A stretch of DNA of 64,000 nt from an uncultured Clostridia bacterium (GTDB lineage: Bacteria; Bacillota; Clostridia; TANB77; CAG-465), in assembly GCA_947584535.1 (NCBI GenBank), contig CANPWO010000003.1, forward strand, positions 3,871 through 67,870, in the 5' to 3' direction. The notes beneath the pieces were generated by a model that made no database searches, had not been told where the DNA came from, and saw only the letters and a program-made list of their open reading frames with translations. Both the position numbers and the translations under genes were made by a program. Positions 9,601 through 17,095 of this stretch are shown piece after piece (positions within the stretch are counted from its first letter, which is position 1; each line of letters starts with the position of its first letter).

Positions 9601-12600
9601 AACAGTAATAAATCCAGTAGAAGTAGAAGTAAATAAACCAGAATTATTACCTGGAATGACAGCAATAACGTTTGATGAAAATGGTCAACCACAAGCAACA
9701 GATGAAAATAATCCAGATTGGTATTCCTATGTAGACCAAGGAAATTATGGAACAGATGCAAAGTTAAGTCATTGGGCAAATGCGCAAACAGCAGATGGAA
9801 GCCAGTGGGTATGGATACCAAGGTATGCATACAAGATAGTAAGACAACCAAACGATTATACAACCGAAGGTGGAGAAATAGACATTAAATTTATGAGCGG
9901 AACAAGTAGTACAAAATATATAGACGAAAATGGAGACTTACAAGATTTACCAAAAGATTATATAGTACATCCAGCATTTACAGATGAAAGTAAAAAAGAA
10001 CCAGCGTATGCAAATGGTGGATGGAATGAAGAGTTAACAGGAATATGGGTAGCAAAATACGAAGCAAGTAAAGGAGAAGGAACAGAAAGTCAATCACAAC
10101 AAACATATCCAAAATTTGTACAAGGAGAAAATTCATATGTAGAAATCAATATAGGAGATATGTTTACATTATGCAAAAATTTAGCAACAGATACTAATAA
10201 CCCATACGGATTTTCTTCTTCAAAAGTAGATACACATCAAATGAAGAATAGTGAATGGGGAGCAGTAGCTTACCTAGCACAAAGTAAATATGGAAGAAAT
10301 GGAGTAGAGGTACAGCAAAACAAAGTTTATAATAATAGTAGTGGAGCAAAAACAGGATATGGAGAAAGCACATCATATCCATACAATACACCAGAAGGAC
10401 AGAAAGCATCAACAACAGGTAATCTATACGGTATATATGATATGAGTGGAGGAGCATATGAATATACAGCAGGATATCTAAATAATGGTAATAGATATTT
10501 AAAAAGCTATGGACAATCACTATTAGATGAAACAAATAATAAAGATAACAAAAAAGGAAGTGGAGCATCAACAAAATACGTATCAATATATAACGTAGGA
10601 GAAAGTGATACTCAAGAAAACAATTATAATGAAGAAACAAACAAAGCAAGAAAAGGAGAAGCAATATGGGAGACATCCACTTCTGGAAATAGTAGCAATG
10701 GAAGTTGGTTTGGCGACTATTCATATTTCTCTGACACGTTGAATCCGTTCTTGAGGCGTGGAGGCAGTTACTATAATGGCGGTACTCTCGCGGGTCTATT
10801 CGGCTTCGACTTACATGATGGCATTGTGTACAGTTACAGCGTTTTTCGTGCAGTGTTATGCAAAAAAATACCAGTAACAAGTATTAAGCTAGATAGAACA
10901 GAAGAAACTGTGTTTATAGAAGAAGGAAAAACAATACAACTTACAGCAACAGTATTACCAGAGAATGCATCAAATAAAGAAGTAACATGGACAACAAATA
11001 ATGAGCAAGTAGCAACAGTAGAAGGTAATGGATTAAATGCAACAGTAACAATAAAAGGAGTAGGTCAAACAAAAATAACAGTAACATCAAAAGAAAATAG
11101 TAATGTAAGTGCTTCATGTATAATAACAGTAATAAATCCAGTAGCAAAAATAGGAAGTGAATATTACGATACACTTCAAGAAGCATTTGATGCAAGTTCA
11201 ACAAACTCAAATACATATTCAGATATACAAGTATTAAAAGATATAACAAATAAAACAGCAACACTAAGTAATAACAAATACGCAAAACTAAATTTAGGAG
11301 CACATACAATAACAAATGACCAAGGAGATAAAGCAACAATAACAAATGAAGGATATATGCAAATAGTAGGAGGAGGAAGTTCAACTATATCAAGTACAGT
11401 TGGAAATGCAATAAAAAATATAAATACATTAACAATAAACACAAGCGGAACAATAACATCAAATCAAGATGCAATAGATAATACAAAAACATTAACAGTA
11501 ACAAAAGGAACAATAACATCAACAGGAAGTGATAGTAATAATAGTCATGGAATAAATAATAGTTCAACGCAAGGAAATGTAAATATAACAGGAGGAAAAA
11601 TTGAAGGACGTGACGGAATAAGAAATAGTGGAACATTAACAATTGCAGGAGGAGTTATAAATTCAACTACAGATGATGCAGTAGAGTTTGTAAATGGAAC
11701 AATAGACATAACAGATGGAGAAGTAACAGGAACTAATGGAATATATAATTCAAATGGAGGAACAGCAACAAACAAAGTATTAACAATAGGAAAAGATAAG
11801 GATTCAGTAAATATAACTAACCCAAAAATAACAGTAACAAATATAGCAGTATATAATGGAACTGAAACATTTACATCAAACTTTTATGATGGAGCAGTAA
11901 CAGGAAATGTACAATTTTATAAACAAGATGAAGTAAATATACCAAAAAGATATGAGATAGTAGTAAATGGAAATACCGCAATATTACAAAAACCAGTAGT
12001 ATATGGAACAAATGGAAATCAAGAAGAAGGAACAGGCAAAGTAAATGCACCAGAGATACTTGAAGGAATGAAGGCAATAAAATTTGCTGAAGATGGAAGT
12101 GGAAAGTCAGAAGAAACAACAACAGATGACCCAGCTTGGTATGCGTACAAAGAAAGCAAACAAGAATTTGGAACAGATAATACAACAAGTAGATGGGCAA
12201 ATGCAGAAACAGAAGATGGAAGCCAGTGGGTATGGATACCAAGGTATGCATACAAGATAGTAAAAGAGCCAGAATATACAGGAAGTGGAAGTTCGCAAAA
12301 AACAACCGCAGGTGGAGAGATAGATATAATATTCTTAAAAGGAACAAGTAATAAGTATGAAGACGAAAATGGAGATGAACAAGAAATACCGAAAGATTAT
12401 ATTGTACATCCAGCATTTAGAGATGAAACAGACACACAATTTGCAAATGGTGGATGGGATAGTGAATTAACAGGAATATGGGTATCAAAATACGAAGCAG
12501 GAAAAGGAGGAACTGAAATAGAAAGTACATCAGGAAAAGCATATCCAAAATTTGTACCAGGACGAACTTCTTATGGAAGTTATGGAAGTCTTAAAATAGG

Positions 12601-13303
12601 AGATATATTCACATTATGCAAAAATCTAAACCAAAGTGGTAATCCATACGGATTTTCTTCTTCAACAGTAGACACACATCAAATGAAGAATAGTGAATGG
12701 GGAGCTTGTGTCTATCTTGCACAAAGTAAATATGGAAGAAATGGAGTAGAGGTAACGCAAAACAAAAAAAATGGTAATAATAGTTTACCTCCAGAAACGG
12801 GATATGGAGCAAGCACATCAGCAACATACAATACACAAAGTGGTCAATTAGCATCAACAACAGGAAACATATACGGAATATATGATATGAGTGGAGGAAC
12901 AATGGAATATACAGCAGGATATCTAAAAGGTGGTACTAGTTATAGTAGTTTAACAACATCCGGACAATCACTAGTAGACGAAACAAATAAAGATGGAGAA
13001 AAGAAATCAACGAAATACGTATCTGTATACGAAGGTAGTAGTTCAAGCTATAGTACAAATTATAACAATGCAAAAAACAGTAAAAGAAAAGGAGAAGCAA
13101 TATGGGAGACATCTAAAAGAGGAGATGGCTATACAAGTTGGTTTGGCGACACTTCATATTTTTCTGAACCGACGTATCCATTCTTGTTGCGTGGAGGTTA
13201 TTCCAGCGAGAGTGGTACTAATGCGGGACTATTCTACTTTAACGGCGGCCTTGGCAATGTGGGCAGTTCCTACGGTTTTCGTGCAGTGTCGGTCCCACTT
13301 TAA
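6638..13303 (+). CDS. giant (2221 aa) multidomain cell-surface protein: N-terminal hydrophobic anchor, 7 Big_2 Ig-like domains, 3 FN3-like domains, a parallel beta-helix-like segment and two FGE-sulfatase-like (SUMF1-fold) modules; no LPXTG
   Basis: Single open frame with GGAGG SD. Big_2 repeats (e.g. ITIDPSEVVLGLDDEQQLRAIITPESADNQDVSWE...). FN3-like repeats (EPLNLKAEV...KYDIEVIAHL). FGE motifs WVWIPRYAYKI, NSEWGAVAYLAQSKYGRNG, YGIYDMSGGAYEYTAGY, RGGS...FRAV occur twice. Confidence 0.9.
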   Translation: MKTGINKVAMKDKKEGISLLVLIITIIVMIILAGAVILSITNNNPVSKANETKVKTDLTALKDEYNNFYSSALFDNVSNTKGYYTDKMNITKEGNIIYKGKVVNEGENNSLASIMPSIVGTEYEGKVFVADGKIYIDNRDKFLSEEQQEWAKEVGINILNEGEVLVLSTEEVSLKISQKERIYATVLPDADSQVEFEIDEQTRARIIEEKENTVDIQGISDGIAILTAKVTAKDGVEIEKKVTVKVNVGDYIKVERITIDPSEVVLGLDDEQQLRAIITPESADNQDVSWEVESQNPQGAVELSQIGVVTGRDVGEAKIIAKGEYGNLTSEVCSVSVIDKTKITLDKQTLQLRKGQKDTLKATVENKNVREGTLTWETSDDAKVGVDQDGNITAKEVGSATITAKYLTKSVSCVVTVEEPLNLKAEVTEARGTIVILKIDADTTYSTIDKIQVRYKEENATEWQTQEITVNAETYSKDDYQITGLTAEKKYDIEVIAHLKDGGQDKKVVLTATPSKIPVESVTISPKPLQIYHGDKTKKLEAKVLPQDATNKKVRWESSQKDIATIDANGTITPVEVGTTIITAISEDDETKRDTCEVEIQEPITFSASVVKESITSSIIPLNIYAKTEYGNITEIKVRYKEKTETEETKWQEITIPEAVNETEYTNEKYQITNLKPYTEYEIEVSVTISSGRSKKETLEVTQTKKIDVSSITIEPTTIQIPLGNTKEIQATLTPKDATFQGLTWESEKTNIATITGEETATDGVAKATIIAKEIGNTTVTVKSKDNEQAIAECQVQVTEPISLTASVDTGGITETVIPVNIQTSTEHGTISKIEVMYKKKDTEDEYTTQNVEIQPDQTEYNGKYEIKNLEPGIEYSIQVKVTITSEQIKEHSKSINDLEGTTKKINVDSITLDKTEETIILGSMDSLQLTATIQPPDATNKLLTWTSNEQTVAEVDQTGKVTIKGVGSAIITVTSQDNESAKAECKITVINPVEVEVNKPELLPGMTAITFDENGQPQATDENNPDWYSYVDQGNYGTDAKLSHWANAQTADGSQWVWIPRYAYKIVRQPNDYTTEGGEIDIKFMSGTSSTKYIDENGDLQDLPKDYIVHPAFTDESKKEPAYANGGWNEELTGIWVAKYEASKGEGTESQSQQTYPKFVQGENSYVEINIGDMFTLCKNLATDTNNPYGFSSSKVDTHQMKNSEWGAVAYLAQSKYGRNGVEVQQNKVYNNSSGAKTGYGESTSYPYNTPEGQKASTTGNLYGIYDMSGGAYEYTAGYLNNGNRYLKSYGQSLLDETNNKDNKKGSGASTKYVSIYNVGESDTQENNYNEETNKARKGEAIWETSTSGNSSNGSWFGDYSYFSDTLNPFLRRGGSYYNGGTLAGLFGFDLHDGIVYSYSVFRAVLCKKIPVTSIKLDRTEETVFIEEGKTIQLTATVLPENASNKEVTWTTNNEQVATVEGNGLNATVTIKGVGQTKITVTSKENSNVSASCIITVINPVAKIGSEYYDTLQEAFDASSTNSNTYSDIQVLKDITNKTATLSNNKYAKLNLGAHTITNDQGDKATITNEGYMQIVGGGSSTISSTVGNAIKNINTLTINTSGTITSNQDAIDNTKTLTVTKGTITSTGSDSNNSHGINNSSTQGNVNITGGKIEGRDGIRNSGTLTIAGGVINSTTDDAVEFVNGTIDITDGEVTGTNGIYNSNGGTATNKVLTIGKDKDSVNITNPKITVTNIAVYNGTETFTSNFYDGAVTGNVQFYKQDEVNIPKRYEIVVNGNTAILQKPVVYGTNGNQEEGTGKVNAPEILEGMKAIKFAEDGSGKSEETTTDDPAWYAYKESKQEFGTDNTTSRWANAETEDGSQWVWIPRYAYKIVKEPEYTGSGSSQKTTAGGEIDIIFLKGTSNKYEDENGDEQEIPKDYIVHPAFRDETDTQFANGGWDSELTGIWVSKYEAGKGGTEIESTSGKAYPKFVPGRTSYGSYGSLKIGDIFTLCKNLNQSGNPYGFSSSTVDTHQMKNSEWGACVYLAQSKYGRNGVEVTQNKKNGNNSLPPETGYGASTSATYNTQSGQLASTTGNIYGIYDMSGGTMEYTAGYLKGGTSYSSLTTSGQSLVDETNKDGEKKSTKYVSVYEGSSSSYSTNYNNAKNSKRKGEAIWETSKRGDGYTSWFGDTSYFSEPTYPFLLRGGYSSESGTNAGLFYFNGGLGNVGSSYGFRAVSVPL
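9608..10866 (+). repeat. intragenic repeat unit 1 (FGE-sulfatase-like module, about 420 codons)
   Basis: Its protein is roughly 60-70% identical to unit 2. It contains a 49-bp stretch (9794-9842) identical to 12215-12263, and near-identical stretches at 10203-10260 and 12645-12700. Confidence 0.8.
12037..13300 (+). repeat. intragenic repeat unit 2 (FGE-sulfatase-like module)
   Basis: Paralogous to 9608..10866 and in frame with it; the offset between the 49-bp cores is 2421 bp. Confidence 0.8.
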
Positions 13304-13418
13304 AATGTGGCACTGATACACTGAACACTTTTTTGTAGATAAACAGTATTAGTTATAATACAAATATATATTAATATTAACATTGAATGCTAATGAATAT
13401 TACTCATATACACATATA

Positions 13419-13455
13419 GGCAAAGTTTATACTATATTATAGTATAAGCTTTGTC
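13419..13455 (+). terminator. long near-perfect palindrome, probable terminator of the giant gene
   Basis: GGCAAAGTTTATACTATA-T-TATAGTATAAGCTTTGTC with one mismatch, followed by ATTTATTAT. Confidence 0.5.
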
Positions 13456-13529
13456 ATTTATTATATAAAATTAATTAATATTAGTAACATAGTGATAATT
13501 TTTTAGAATATTTGAGCTCTATTTTTTTC

Positions 13530-13558
13530 TTGACATATAAGCTATTTTAAAGTATAAT
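13530..13558 (+). promoter_or_regulatory. sigma-A promoter TTGACA-17-TATAAT (perfect consensus) for the gat operon
   Basis: -35 at 13530-13535 and -10 at 13553-13558. AAAGGAGGG SD at 13582-13590. Confidence 0.6.
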
Positions 13559-13595
13559 TATTGTTATGATTAAATATTAAAAAGGAGGGTTTTTG

Positions 13596-13883
13596 ATGAG
13601 TGTTTCAAAAGAAGAAGTATTGCATATAGCATCACTTTCTAGACTTAACTTAACAGAGCAAGAACTAGAAAAATATACTAATGACTTATCAAATATTGTA
13701 GATTATGCAAATGAACTTTCAAAAATAGATATAGAAGGTGTTAAACCAACAGCACATATTTTAGATATAAAAAATGTATTTAGAAAAGATAATGTAGAAA
13801 GTTCATATGATAGAGAAAGAATATTACAAAATGCACCAACTAAAGCAGCTGGGTGTATAACTGTACCAAAAGTTGTAGAATAG
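13596..13883 (+). CDS. gatC: Asp/Glu-tRNA(Asn/Gln) amidotransferase subunit C
   Basis: 96-aa ORF with GatC-like LSRLNLTEQELEKYTNDLSNIVDYANELSKIDIEGVKPTAH. ATG at 13596 is preferred over the in-frame TTG at 13593. Confidence 0.9.
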   Translation: MSVSKEEVLHIASLSRLNLTEQELEKYTNDLSNIVDYANELSKIDIEGVKPTAHILDIKNVFRKDNVESSYDRERILQNAPTKAAGCITVPKVVE

Positions 13884-13892
13884 GGGGAAAAT

Positions 13893-15353
13893 ATGGAATT
13901 ATATAAACTAAGTTTAAAAGAAATTGCAGATAAAATTAAAACAAAACAAGTTAATATAAAAGAAGTTTTAGATAGTGTATATAATAGAATAGACGAAGTT
14001 GAAGATAAACTTGATGCATATATAACACTTGATAAAGAAAATGCATATAAAAGAGCAGAAGAATTACAAGATAGATTAGATAATGGAGAAGATATAGATA
14101 TACTTGGTGGAGTACCTATTGCAATAAAAGATAATATTTGTACTAACGGTTTAAAAACAACTTGTGCTTCAAGAATGTTAGAAGATTTTGTACCAATATA
14201 TGATGCAACAGTAATTACTAAATTAGAACAAGCTGGAGCAATTATACTTGGTAAAACTAATATGGATGAATTTGCTATGGGCTCATCTACAGAAACTTCA
14301 TATATAAAGAAAACTAAAAATCCATATAATACAGAGCATGTGCCTGGTGGCTCAAGTGGTGGTAGTGCAGTAGCTGTATCAGCAGATATGGCATTTGCAT
14401 CTCTTGGAAGTGATACAGGTGGTTCAATAAGACAACCTGCTTCATATTGTAGTGTAGTAGGACTTAAACCAACATACGGTCTTGTATCAAGATTTGGTCT
14501 TATAGCATATGCATCTTCACTAGATCAAATAGGCCCGTTTACAAAAAATGTAGAAGATTCTGCAATAATGCTAAATGTTATATCAGGATACGATAAAAAA
14601 GACACTACATCTGCAAATATAGAGAAAAAAGATTATACAAAATCATTAGTAAATGATATATCAAATATGAAAATTGGTATACCTGATGAATTTGTAAAAG
14701 AAGGTATAAATGAGGAAGTAAAACAAGCATATGATAATGCTATAACTAAATTAGAAAGTCTAGGAGCTGAAATTGTACATATAAATTTAGATTATGCTAA
14801 ATATAGCTTAGCAACATATTATATAATAGCAACTGCAGAAGCATCATCAAATTTAGGTCGTTATGATGGCATAAGATACGGACATAGAGCAAAAGATTTT
14901 GACGACTTAATTGATTTATACAAAAAATCAAGAACAGAAGGTTTCGGAGAAGAAGTAAAAAGAAGAATAATGCTTGGTACATATGTACTTTCTTCAGGAT
15001 ATTATGATGCATATTATAAAAGGGCACAATGTGTTAGAACTCTTATAATTTCTGAATTTAAAAAAGCATTTGAAGAGTGTGATGTAATAGCAATTCCAAC
15101 TGCACCACATACTTCATTTAAATTTAATGAAAAATCAGAAAATCCACTTGAAATGTATCTAGAAGATATATTTACAGTTCCAGTAAATATAGCAGGACTT
15201 CCAGGAATATCAATACCTGCTGGCTTTGATAAAGAAAACTTACCAATAGGCTTGCAAGTAATTGCAAACTCATTTGAAGAAGAAAAATTATTTAAAGTTG
15301 CATATACTTTTGAACAAAATACAGACTTTAGTAAAAAAAGACCAAATATTTAA
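13893..15353 (+). CDS. gatA: Asp/Glu-tRNA amidotransferase subunit A (amidase signature family)
   Basis: 486 aa with the GGSSGGSAVAV amidase signature and KPTYG. Confidence 0.95.
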   Translation: MELYKLSLKEIADKIKTKQVNIKEVLDSVYNRIDEVEDKLDAYITLDKENAYKRAEELQDRLDNGEDIDILGGVPIAIKDNICTNGLKTTCASRMLEDFVPIYDATVITKLEQAGAIILGKTNMDEFAMGSSTETSYIKKTKNPYNTEHVPGGSSGGSAVAVSADMAFASLGSDTGGSIRQPASYCSVVGLKPTYGLVSRFGLIAYASSLDQIGPFTKNVEDSAIMLNVISGYDKKDTTSANIEKKDYTKSLVNDISNMKIGIPDEFVKEGINEEVKQAYDNAITKLESLGAEIVHINLDYAKYSLATYYIIATAEASSNLGRYDGIRYGHRAKDFDDLIDLYKKSRTEGFGEEVKRRIMLGTYVLSSGYYDAYYKRAQCVRTLIISEFKKAFEECDVIAIPTAPHTSFKFNEKSENPLEMYLEDIFTVPVNIAGLPGISIPAGFDKENLPIGLQVIANSFEEEKLFKVAYTFEQNTDFSKKRPNI

Positions 15354-15367
15354 AGGAAGTGATATGT

Positions 15368-17095
15368 ATGTTACAATCTAAACTTATTGGAGATACAAAA
15401 AAAGAATGGCCAAATGAAGCAAGTGTTGTAAGTCACGGTGTTCTTTTAAAAGGTGGCTATATAAAACAAATGGCAACTGGTATATATACATTAATGCCAC
15501 TAGGTAAAAAAGTTATAGCAAAAATAGAAAATATAATTAGAGAAGAAATGAATAAAGTAGGAGCGCAAGAGATTTTAATGCCTGTTGTAGCAACAAAAAA
15601 ATTATGGGATATGTCTGGTAGATATGATAGTGTAGGCTCTGAACTTCTAAGATTTAAAGATAGAAATAACACAGAAATGGTACTTTCAATGACTCATGAA
15701 GAAGCAACAGTATATTCTTTGTTAAGTGAAGCCTCTTCATATCAAAAATATCCATTTTCTGTATATCAATTACAGACAAAATTTAGAGATGAAGCAAGAC
15801 CTCGTGCAGGCCTTATTCGTGTAAGAGAGTTTACAATGAAGGACGCATACTCTTTCCATACTTCACAAGAAAGTTTAGATGAGGAATATGATAAATTCTT
15901 TGAAGCATATAACAATATATACAAAAGAGTTGGGATTCCACAAGTTGTTGCAGTAGCATCTGATACTGGAATAATGGGTGGAAGTGGTGCTCATGAATTT
16001 ATGCTTTTATGTGATAGTGGCGAAGATAAGATAGTTCATTGTTCTTCTTGTAACTACAATGCAAATATGGAAGTAGCATATACAACTAAGTATGATGTAG
16101 TAAATAAAAAAGAAGAAGAGATAGAAAAAATATATACACCAAATATAAAAACTATAGAAGATTTAAAAGAATATACAAAACTTGAAACTTGTAATCTCGG
16201 TAAAGCAGTTATATATAAAAGACTTGATACAGGAAAAACAATTATTGTATTTTTAAGAGCTGACAGAGAAGTAAATGAGACAAAACTTCGTAACTTATTA
16301 AAAGTAGATGATGAAGCTTTAGTACCAAAAAAAGAAGAAAAGGACGATAATATTGTTTATGGCTTTGTAGGACCAGTAAATTTAAATACTGATGCACAAG
16401 TTATATATGATAAATCACTTGAAAATGAAAAATCTTTAGTATTTGGTGCAAATGAAAAAGATTATCATTTAAAAGGAGTAAATATATTAAGAGATGTAGG
16501 AAAAGTAGATTTTGTTGATGTAGCAAAGGTACTTGAAACAGACTATTGCCCTATATGTAATAAAAAAGAATTAACAATTTCAAATGGAATAGAAGTTGGT
16601 AATATATTTAAACTTGGCGATAAATATACTAAAATGTTAAATATGACTTACTCAGATGAAAATGGTAAAACACATTTTCCATTAATGGGTTGTTATGGTA
16701 TTGGTATTGGAAGATTATTTGCTTCAGTACTTGAAGCTAGAGCAACTGAAAATAAACTAAATTTACCACCAAGTATAGCACCATTTGATATACATATATG
16801 TCCACTTGATTATACAAAAAATGAACAAGTAAAAAAGCTTGCTGATGATATATACGAACTTTTGAAATTAAACGGATATGATGTATTACTTGACGATAGA
16901 AACAAAAATGCAGGAGTAAAATTTGCAGATAGTGACTTAATATCTGCACCAATTAGAATTACAGTTAGCAAAAGAAATATTGAAAATGGAGATTTATTAG
17001 AAATAAAAGTATACGATAATGATGAGACTACTCTTGTAACAAAAGACGAATTAGTTAAATATATAGAAGATAAAAGAAAGGAATGGGTATTTTAA
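15368..17095 (+). CDS. proS: prolyl-tRNA synthetase, bacterial type with editing insertion, inside the gat operon
   Basis: Class II motifs TLMPLGKKV, REEMNKVGAQEILMP, FRDEARPRAGLIRVREF and a C-terminal anticodon-binding domain. ATG 15368 has an AAAGGAAG SD; the ORF-track GTG 15359 overlaps the SD. Confidence 0.9.
   Translation: MLQSKLIGDTKKEWPNEASVVSHGVLLKGGYIKQMATGIYTLMPLGKKVIAKIENIIREEMNKVGAQEILMPVVATKKLWDMSGRYDSVGSELLRFKDRNNTEMVLSMTHEEATVYSLLSEASSYQKYPFSVYQLQTKFRDEARPRAGLIRVREFTMKDAYSFHTSQESLDEEYDKFFEAYNNIYKRVGIPQVVAVASDTGIMGGSGAHEFMLLCDSGEDKIVHCSSCNYNANMEVAYTTKYDVVNKKEEEIEKIYTPNIKTIEDLKEYTKLETCNLGKAVIYKRLDTGKTIIVFLRADREVNETKLRNLLKVDDEALVPKKEEKDDNIVYGFVGPVNLNTDAQVIYDKSLENEKSLVFGANEKDYHLKGVNILRDVGKVDFVDVAKVLETDYCPICNKKELTISNGIEVGNIFKLGDKYTKMLNMTYSDENGKTHFPLMGCYGIGIGRLFASVLEARATENKLNLPPSIAPFDIHICPLDYTKNEQVKKLADDIYELLKLNGYDVLLDDRNKNAGVKFADSDLISAPIRITVSKRNIENGDLLEIKVYDNDETTLVTKDELVKYIEDKRKEWVF

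Noticed and set aside
6978-12416. Many long minus-strand ORFs (up to 382 aa) that are Leu/Phe-rich, antisense to the giant gene.
   Set aside because: The + strand here is extremely purine-rich (GAA/AAA/ACA/GTA codons), so its reverse complement is pyrimidine-rich and poor in stop codons. These ORFs are compositional artefacts fully contained in a well-supported sense gene.
12993-13316. 107-aa + strand ORF overlapping the end of the giant gene in another frame.
   Set aside because: Off-frame overlap inside the conserved FGE-like domain. No SD. It sits in the GC-rich patch, which explains the stop-free stretch.
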